From contig JADKIL010000006.1 in assembly GCA_016721315.1 (NCBI GenBank), positions 82,831-146,830 on the forward strand: a DNA stretch of 64,000 bases. The letters run 5' to 3'. Below, piece after piece: positions 57,584-64,000 of this stretch. The DNA is from Candidatus Villigracilis vicinus. Lineage in GTDB: Bacteria > Chloroflexota > Anaerolineae > Anaerolineales > Villigracilaceae. How positions within the stretch are numbered: the first letter of the stretch is position 1; each line of letters begins with the position of its first letter. Below the pieces are notes generated by a model. That model had not been told where the DNA came from. It made no database searches and saw only the letters and a list, made by a program, of their open reading frames with translations. Both the position numbers and the translations under genes were made by a program.

Positions 57584-58353
57584 CCCCAAAAATGACCATC
57601 GCCATTACCCGCAATGTAAGTTCACGTTTCAACGAGTGTGAGATCACCCACATCGAACGCACGCCCATCGACCTCAATATTGCCCGTGAACAGCACACTG
57701 CCTATGTTCACACCCTTGCAGATCTCGGCTGTCAGGTGATCGAACTCCCTGAAGAACCCAACCTGCCTGATTCGGTATTCGTAGAAGACACCGCTTTTAT
57801 TCTGCCTGAAGTAGCAGTAATTACCCGCCCCGGTGCAGATTCGCGCAAGCCAGAAATAGACACGATCATCCCTGCTCTTACCCCACACCGCCAATTGGTA
57901 CACGTCACCGCCCCTGCCAGTGTTGATGGCGGCGACGTACTGGTGATCGGAAAAAAGATCTTCATTGGGCTTTCCACCCGCAGCAATATGCAAGCGGTCG
58001 ACCAATTAAATTCACTGCTTGGAAAGTTCGGTTACACGGTTCAAGGCGTGGAAATGACCGATTGTCTGCATTTGAAAACCGCCGTCACGCGAGTGGATGA
58101 CAATACTCTGCTCATTAACAAGAATTGGGTGGACCCTGCTTACTTTCCCGGCTTCAATTTGATCGAAGTAGACGCCTCAGAACCCTTCGCCGCGAACTGT
58201 TTACCCGTCCACGAGAAGATCATCTACCCGATCACCTTCCCAAACACCCGCAAACGTCTCGAAGAAAAGGGATACACCATTGCACCCGTTGATCTTAGCG
58301 AATTGGCAAAAGCCGAAGGCGCCGTCACTTGTTGCAGCCTGATCGTGGCGTGA
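57580..58353 (+). CDS. Dimethylarginine dimethylaminohydrolase
   Basis: PDSVFVED, TRPGA.SR, DGGD, LHLKT, GAVTCCS. Confidence 0.88.
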   Translation: MTPKMTIAITRNVSSRFNECEITHIERTPIDLNIAREQHTAYVHTLADLGCQVIELPEEPNLPDSVFVEDTAFILPEVAVITRPGADSRKPEIDTIIPALTPHRQLVHVTAPASVDGGDVLVIGKKIFIGLSTRSNMQAVDQLNSLLGKFGYTVQGVEMTDCLHLKTAVTRVDDNTLLINKNWVDPAYFPGFNLIEVDASEPFAANCLPVHEKIIYPITFPNTRKRLEEKGYTIAPVDLSELAKAEGAVTCCSLIVA

Positions 58354-58396
58354 ATCAGGTTCGAGGTCCAGCTTGAAGCGGGTATAATCTCCAGCC

Positions 58397-59089
58397 ATGA
58401 ACAATCAAAAACCTATCTCAGATTCCGGCAAATACTGGCAGGATCACCTCATTAGTTGGGAAGCCAGCGCGTACTTCAAAGAAGGGCAGGAAAATGCAAA
58501 CTGGTGGGACAGGCTCTCCACCACCTTCCGCGGCGACGCGATGTACGTCCGTATGAACACCGCATTGGAATTGGTCCAGCCGCACATTAGCGGAAAGACC
58601 GTTTTGGATGTGGGCTGTGCATCCGGGCGTTTTGCGTTTCAGATGGTGCAGGCAGGAGCGCAAAAAGTATTCGGAACCGATATCTCGAACGAAGCCTTGG
58701 AACTTGCCCAAAAACGCGGCGCCGAATTGGGTATGCAGGATAAATTGAATTTTTCTGCACTCGATGTGGTCCAGCCCAATACCCCGCTTCCACAAGTGGA
58801 CCTGGTCACTGCACTGGGCGTCATTGAATACTTCGACGCTGCCGCCATGACTGCCTTTCTTGGCAACCTGCGCACCACCTATTTCCTGTTGGATTTTCCC
58901 GACTACGGAAGAAAAAAGGAATTCCCCACCTGGATTCTGCGGCAGGTTTACATCCGCGTAAACCGCCTGCCGGGTGTATTTCTTTACTCGCTTGAAGAGT
59001 TCGCCAAACTTGCCGAACCTTTTGGTTTCAAGAACCTGCGTGTGATCAAACAAAATAATTTTTACTACGTTACTAATTTGCCCGAATGA
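58397..59089 (+). CDS. Class I SAM-dependent methyltransferase
   Basis: VLDVGCASG, GTDIS, LGVIEY. Confidence 0.85.
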   Translation: MNNQKPISDSGKYWQDHLISWEASAYFKEGQENANWWDRLSTTFRGDAMYVRMNTALELVQPHISGKTVLDVGCASGRFAFQMVQAGAQKVFGTDISNEALELAQKRGAELGMQDKLNFSALDVVQPNTPLPQVDLVTALGVIEYFDAAAMTAFLGNLRTTYFLLDFPDYGRKKEFPTWILRQVYIRVNRLPGVFLYSLEEFAKLAEPFGFKNLRVIKQNNFYYVTNLPE

Positions 59090-59934
59090 AAAAATTAGCC
59101 TGTGTAACATTGGATATGGAACCGGACTACGGCGATCCGGAGAAAAAAATTCGCCTGCTTGAAGACCCGAAATATTTCGAGCGCTACGTATCTACGATCA
59201 ATAAGTACGGCGCCAAGGTAACCATGTTCACGGTTACCAGCCTGTTCGACACGCACGGAAGCCTGTTTCAAAAACTTGCAGAGCGCATCCCGCTTGAGTT
59301 TTCCGTCCACTCACACACACATGATCCACACAACGCCTGTTCATTAGAAGAAGTTCAAAATTCGCAGGCTGCATACGAAAAATTCACAGGCGCCAAACCA
59401 TTGGGGTACCGTGCTCCCATCGGGCAGATCGATAAGGACGGGCTGGGGCACCTCCTCGACCACGGGTTTACATACGACGCGAGCGTGTACACATCCTTTC
59501 GTCCGGGTAAATTTGGTTATAACAACCTGCATATACCCAATACGCCCTTTCAAATCACGCGTAATGACGGCAAGTCGCTGGTGGAATTCCCGTTCACATC
59601 CATCGAAACCATCCGCATTGTGTTTGCATTGAGTTATGCCAAACTTTTTGGCTGGGGCATCTACTCTCTATTGCTGAAAATGTTTGGCTTGCCATCAATA
59701 GCATTATTGCTTTCCCACCCATATGATTTTTATTTTGGGAGCATTCCCAGTAACACCATTGAGGGCTTTGAAGCGTTTGCAATGGCGCGCAATACCGGGC
59801 GCGAGTTCGATATATTTGAAAAAACATTAGCCACATTATGTTCTCAAGGTTACGAGTTCGTGCATTTGAGCGAGGTTTACGAACAGATCAAATCCAATAA
59901 ACTGGAACTCTTTGAAGTTGAAAATTGGAAATAA
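59086..59934 (+). CDS. Polysaccharide deacetylase family protein
   Basis: TLDME, HSHTH, GYRAP, YDAS, HPYDF. Confidence 0.85.
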   Translation: MKKLACVTLDMEPDYGDPEKKIRLLEDPKYFERYVSTINKYGAKVTMFTVTSLFDTHGSLFQKLAERIPLEFSVHSHTHDPHNACSLEEVQNSQAAYEKFTGAKPLGYRAPIGQIDKDGLGHLLDHGFTYDASVYTSFRPGKFGYNNLHIPNTPFQITRNDGKSLVEFPFTSIETIRIVFALSYAKLFGWGIYSLLLKMFGLPSIALLLSHPYDFYFGSIPSNTIEGFEAFAMARNTGREFDIFEKTLATLCSQGYEFVHLSEVYEQIKSNKLELFEVENWK

Positions 59935-59970
59935 GTTGATCTCCTTGTCCGTCATCCGGCTGGAGTCTGC

Positions 59971-62178
59971 ATGAATGTATTAAAAGCTTTAAGAACAGCC
60001 ATATACCCAACTGCGGATCTACGCGCAGAAGACGCCCGACTGGAACACACCACACGTGCTGTATTTATCGTTATTGGGTTAAGTCTGTTTGTTACACTGC
60101 TGGCAGTCTTGGTTCTGGACCTAAACGCCGCCCAACCTGAAATATGGCCAATATTCTTGGTTCTCGCAATATTGGTTGTACACAGCCTGATGTGGTTCTT
60201 CCTCATTCAAAAAGGGTACTGGAAAACGGCAAGATTTTTTCCACCTACAGCATTTCTGATCGCAGGAGCCCTACTTACCAGCAAACCAGAACTGAACACT
60301 GCTGCCGTTTTACAATACGTTTTATGTATCCTGCTGGCGTCGATCTTATTCGACGAATCAGCGAAGTGGATCGCCATTGCTGTATCTTCCGGCTGCTATC
60401 TGGCAGTTCTGTATATTAGCAAACCGCCCGTCAATTATATTTCCTCAAACATTGTATATGTGAATATTGTGATCCTTGTTGCGATCGGCGTGCTCCAGCA
60501 GATCACCACCGGAGTGATCACCCAAACCATCAGCCAATTAACCGCAGAAACCGCGAGTCGAAAGAAATCTGAAGAATCGGCTTTACAAAAAGAGCGCATT
60601 CTTTCGGTGATCGCAGACTCTGCTCAGCTTCTGCTAGGGGCACAGGATTGGAAAACAAAGATCGCTGAAATGCTGGAATTACTGGGGTCAGTTTCAGGAG
60701 CAAGCCATGCGTATTTATTTCAAAACCATGTGAATGAACAGGGTGCTTTGCTCTCCAGTTTGAAATACGAATGGAAAAACCCAGCCCAACACCACGCGTC
60801 TGACCCTGAAATGTTCCAAAATGTACCTCTTCTGGAAGAGGACATGATCGATTGGTACAATATCATCATTACCGGAAAACCCTTTTACAATTCGACTGAG
60901 ATTTTTCCACCTGAGTGGTCAGAACAAAATTTAGAACGCGCACAGATAAAAACTCTACTGGATGTGCCAATTTTCGTGGATGGGGAATGGTGGGGCGTGA
61001 TCGGTTTCGACGATTTTGAACGTATTAAACCCTGGTCACAAGCAGAAGTAGATGCTCTGCAAATCGCCGCAGGGTTATTGGGGTCGGCGATCAAGCGGCA
61101 AAAAAGCACAGACTTACTGACCGCCTCCGAGGAAAAGTTTCAAAAAACCTTCCACGAGACACTGGTGCCAATGGTGATCGGGAGAATATCAGACAATATC
61201 ATTCTGGACGCAAACCACGCATTCACAAAACTGACAGGCTTCTCAAAAGAAGAGGTGATCAATCGCTGGTCTTCGGAATTAAATCTCTGGCAAAATAGCG
61301 AAGAACATGCCCTTCACAACCGGCTTATTCGCGAACATGGGTTTATCCATGAATTCAAGGCAAGTATGCGGAAAAGGAACGGAGAAATTGGAATTGTTTT
61401 GATCTCCGTTACAGTGATCAAGATCGATAACGAAGATTGTCTGCTTTACACAATCTCCGATATCACAGGTTTGGAAAAAGCATTGAACGATCTACAAAAC
61501 AAGAATAGTGAACTGGAACGATTTACATACACTGTATCCCATGACTTAAAAGCACCTTTGATCACGATCGGGGGATTTATGGGGTTGCTCGAAAAAGACC
61601 TTATTTCGGGAGATGTTGAGAAGATCCGAAACAGCGCACAACGCATCAAAGATGCAGTCGCCAGAATGGAACGATTGCTCAACGAACTACTGGAACTTTC
61701 CCGCATTGGACGCATGATCAATGAGCCGGGTAAGGTTCCGTTTCAAGAGATCGCAAGTGAAGCCGTCGAGTTGAATCAGGGTCGTTTGGGCGCGAACCAC
61801 ATCAAAGTCAGGATAGAGACGGACCTACCCACAGTCAAGGTCGATCGCGCCCGAATGATCGAAGCAATTCAAAATCTATTGGATAATTCAGCAAAGTTCA
61901 TGGGAGAACAAGACACCCCAGAGATTGTAATCGGCGCCAGACGGTCAATGGATGGCGAGCATAATTTCTTTGTAAGGGATAATGGGATTGGCATCGAGCC
62001 TGTTTACCACGAACGCGTTTTTGGTTTGTTCAATAAACTGGACGCAAAAACCGAGGGAACAGGGATTGGTCTGGCTCTTGTTCGAAGGATCATTGAATAT
62101 CATGGTGGTCATATTTGGGTCGAATCGGAAGGTATCAACAAAGGTTCAACCTTCTGGTTTACCCTTCCGCGCCCTTAA
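59971..62178 (+). CDS. Membrane sensor histidine kinase (GAF, PAS, HisKA, HATPase)
   Basis: SHDLKAPL, NLLDNSAKF, DNGIGI, GTGIGL. Confidence 0.92.
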   Translation: MNVLKALRTAIYPTADLRAEDARLEHTTRAVFIVIGLSLFVTLLAVLVLDLNAAQPEIWPIFLVLAILVVHSLMWFFLIQKGYWKTARFFPPTAFLIAGALLTSKPELNTAAVLQYVLCILLASILFDESAKWIAIAVSSGCYLAVLYISKPPVNYISSNIVYVNIVILVAIGVLQQITTGVITQTISQLTAETASRKKSEESALQKERILSVIADSAQLLLGAQDWKTKIAEMLELLGSVSGASHAYLFQNHVNEQGALLSSLKYEWKNPAQHHASDPEMFQNVPLLEEDMIDWYNIIITGKPFYNSTEIFPPEWSEQNLERAQIKTLLDVPIFVDGEWWGVIGFDDFERIKPWSQAEVDALQIAAGLLGSAIKRQKSTDLLTASEEKFQKTFHETLVPMVIGRISDNIILDANHAFTKLTGFSKEEVINRWSSELNLWQNSEEHALHNRLIREHGFIHEFKASMRKRNGEIGIVLISVTVIKIDNEDCLLYTISDITGLEKALNDLQNKNSELERFTYTVSHDLKAPLITIGGFMGLLEKDLISGDVEKIRNSAQRIKDAVARMERLLNELLELSRIGRMINEPGKVPFQEIASEAVELNQGRLGANHIKVRIETDLPTVKVDRARMIEAIQNLLDNSAKFMGEQDTPEIVIGARRSMDGEHNFFVRDNGIGIEPVYHERVFGLFNKLDAKTEGTGIGLALVRRIIEYHGGHIWVESEGINKGSTFWFTLPRP

Positions 62179-62184
62179 AAGCAA

Positions 62185-62207
62185 AGAACTCCCATAATGG
62201 GAGTTCT
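62185..62207. terminator. Stem-loop between the kinase gene and the tRNA
   Basis: AGAACTCCCAT / ATGGGAGTTCT. Confidence 0.65.
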
Positions 62208-62213
62208 GGCTTG

Positions 62214-62295
62214 TGCGCTGGAGAGGACTTGAACCTCCACGTCTTACGACACACGCACCTCAAGCGTGCCTGTCTGCCAATTCCAGCACCAGCGC
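62214..62295 (-). tRNA. tRNA-Leu (anticodon GAG), CCA not encoded
   Basis: Acceptor stem GCGCTGG/CCAGCGC, D-loop GG, anticodon arm CACGC-TTGAGGT-GCGTG, long variable arm, GTTCAA T-loop; the gene is followed by CAA rather than CCA. Confidence 0.95.
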
Positions 62296-62308
62296 GTAAG
62301 CAGGCAGT

Positions 62309-62336
62309 ATTATAATCGTGTTACTTTTCTTGTCAA
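62309..62336 (-). promoter_or_regulatory. tRNA promoter, overlapping a divergent TATAAT that may serve plsX
   Basis: TTGACA-16 nt-TATAAT on the minus strand; TATAAT at 62311-62316 on the plus strand. Confidence 0.75.
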
Positions 62337-62359
62337 GCAAATCACATAGGAGATTTTTC

Positions 62360-63376
62360 ATGGCTCGTATCGTAGTAGACGCAATGGGAAGCGACGAACA
62401 TCCCGGACCCGACGTGGAAGGCGCCATTTTGGCGGCGCGGGAATATGGGGTGGAAATTATTTTTGTTGGCGATGAAGCCAAGATCAAACCGGTTCTTGAA
62501 AAACAGAACACACAGGGCTTGAAGGTCAGAGTAGTGCATGCGCCAGAGATGTTGACGATGGAAGATAAGGGCGAAGCTCTTGTCTTGAAAGCACGTGCAA
62601 AAGATGCGCAAAATTCCATGGCGGTCGGTATGGATATGGTCAAACGCGGCGAAGCGGATGCCTTTGTGACGGCTGGCAACACCGGCGCGGGCATGGTCTC
62701 AGCCCTCTTTCGCCTCGGGCGTATCCGCGGCGTGGATCGCCCTGCCCTGGCTCCCATCTTCCCGACAGCTACCGGAACCTGTGTCGTACTCGATATTGGC
62801 GCCAATCCTGATTGCAAACCTGAGAACTTAATTCAATTTGGCATTCTTGGAAGCATTTACGCAGAAAAAGTTCGCGGCGTCAAAAATCCCAAGGTTGGGT
62901 TGGTGTCCAATGGTGAAGAAGAAGGCAAAGGAAACGAATTGGTCAAAGGTGCCACCCCCTTGTTCAAGGCATCCAAATTAAATTACTTTGGCAATGTGGA
63001 AGGCAAGGAAGTCATTGGTGGCGCAGTGGATGTAGCGGTGACGGACGGTTTTACCGGCAATGTCATGCTAAAAACTTCTGAGGCGGTTGCAAAATTGATC
63101 ACAGATACGATCCGCACGCTGATCAAGAACGGCAGCTTGCGCACCAAGATCGGCGGATTGCTTGTTAAACCAGCGCTGGGCGCCATCAAGAAATTATTGG
63201 ATCCCGGCGAACAAGGCGCCGCCCCCATGTTGGGCGTGAACGGACTGGTATTCATCGGTCACGGAAGATCTGATGCATTCGCCATCAAGAATGCCGTCCG
63301 CGTAGCAAAAGAAGCTGTTGACGTAAAAGTTTTAGATGCAATGAAATCTGCCATCGAAGAGAGCCTCAAGAAATAA
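62360..63376 (+). CDS. plsX: Phosphate acyltransferase PlsX
   Basis: DAMGSD, AGNTGA, RPALA, LDIGAN, DGFTGNV, HGRS; AGGAG Shine-Dalgarno. Confidence 0.95.
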   Translation: MARIVVDAMGSDEHPGPDVEGAILAAREYGVEIIFVGDEAKIKPVLEKQNTQGLKVRVVHAPEMLTMEDKGEALVLKARAKDAQNSMAVGMDMVKRGEADAFVTAGNTGAGMVSALFRLGRIRGVDRPALAPIFPTATGTCVVLDIGANPDCKPENLIQFGILGSIYAEKVRGVKNPKVGLVSNGEEEGKGNELVKGATPLFKASKLNYFGNVEGKEVIGGAVDVAVTDGFTGNVMLKTSEAVAKLITDTIRTLIKNGSLRTKIGGLLVKPALGAIKKLLDPGEQGAAPMLGVNGLVFIGHGRSDAFAIKNAVRVAKEAVDVKVLDAMKSAIEESLKK

Positions 63377-63378
63377 AC

Positions 63379-64000
63379 ATGAAGATCATCAAAAACGAAA
63401 AACTGATTAAACGCAATGGAACGATCGGCAACTGGACAAGTCTTGTGGCATTGCTGGTTTTGGGGGGCGGCATGTACATTTCCTTTACCAGACCAGATTG
63501 GTTTGTATATTCACTGGCATGTCTTGTCATCGGGTTTGTAATGACGCAGGTGGGTATGTATATGGGGAATCGCTGGGGGCGCTCCCCTCGTCGCGACGAA
63601 AAAATTGACGCTGGGCTAAAAGGACTTCATAGCGAATTCAGCATCTATCATTACACCACCCCAACCTCCCACTTGCTGGTTGGACCCTCTGGAATATGGG
63701 TAATTCTGGCATATCAACAAATAGGGACAGTAACTTTTGAAAAAAACCGCTGGAAGATCAAAGGCGGCGGCTTTATGCAATCCTATATGCGCATATTTGG
63801 ACAGGAAGGTATTGGTCGCCCCGATCTTGAAGCCGAAACCGAAGTGGCAGCGATTAAAAATTTCCTTGCCAAAAAAATGGAAGGCAAGGCCGTACCTGAG
63901 ATCCAGTCTATCATGGTGTTCCTCAACGACCAGGTTGTTATAGAACCAGGCGAAGCTTCGATCCGTGCGATAAAACTCAAACAGCTCAAAGGCTTCATAC
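63379..64000 (+). CDS. Membrane-anchored hypothetical protein, possibly NERD-like, 3' truncated
   Basis: Open frame MKIIKNEKLIKRN... to the window end, two TM helices then HLLVGPSGIW. Absent from the ORF track because it has no stop in the window. Confidence 0.7.
   Translation, partial: MKIIKNEKLIKRNGTIGNWTSLVALLVLGGGMYISFTRPDWFVYSLACLVIGFVMTQVGMYMGNRWGRSPRRDEKIDAGLKGLHSEFSIYHYTTPTSHLLVGPSGIWVILAYQQIGTVTFEKNRWKIKGGGFMQSYMRIFGQEGIGRPDLEAETEVAAIKNFLAKKMEGKAVPEIQSIMVFLNDQVVIEPGEASIRAIKLKQLKGFI

Noticed and set aside
58418-59110. 230-aa antisense ORF opposite the methyltransferase
   Set aside because: No motifs or Shine-Dalgarno; a shadow of the sense gene, like the other antisense ORFs in the track.
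62214-62295. tRNA as an integration site
   Set aside because: No integrase and no duplicated tRNA 3' end noticed in the window.
1-64000. CRISPR array, IS element, prophage or rRNA
   Set aside because: No spaced direct repeats, transposase, phage genes or rRNA signature seen.

Overview
Chromosomal window of about 50% GC, most consistent with an Anaerolineales (Chloroflexota) bacterium; this taxonomy is inferred from gene content and protein style. No mobile element, prophage or CRISPR array is visible. Main content: murE; an F0-only ATP synthase operon (atpZ/I-B-E-F, with F fused to a delta-like domain); a membrane-arm-only complex I operon with two NuoM subunits (nuoA-H-J-K-L-M-M-N, no B/C/D/I/E/F/G); an uncharacterised four-gene operon (metallophosphoesterase, APC permease, choline-kinase-like protein, Pol-beta-type nucleotidyltransferase); tryptophanase and tryptophan 2,3-dioxygenase; two sensor kinases and a diguanylate cyclase; recJ; two aldehyde:ferredoxin oxidoreductases; rel; moeA; an amino-acid ABC transporter with DDAH; tRNA-Leu(GAG); plsX. 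Best leads for something undescribed: the four-gene operon, the membrane-subunit-only respiratory cluster, a structured intergenic RNA candidate after tnaA, and a switch-like 5' UTR before the ABC/DDAH operon. Three genes are split by a single missing base in a homopolymer, probably sequencing error. All calls come from reading motifs by eye; no searches or folding programs were run.
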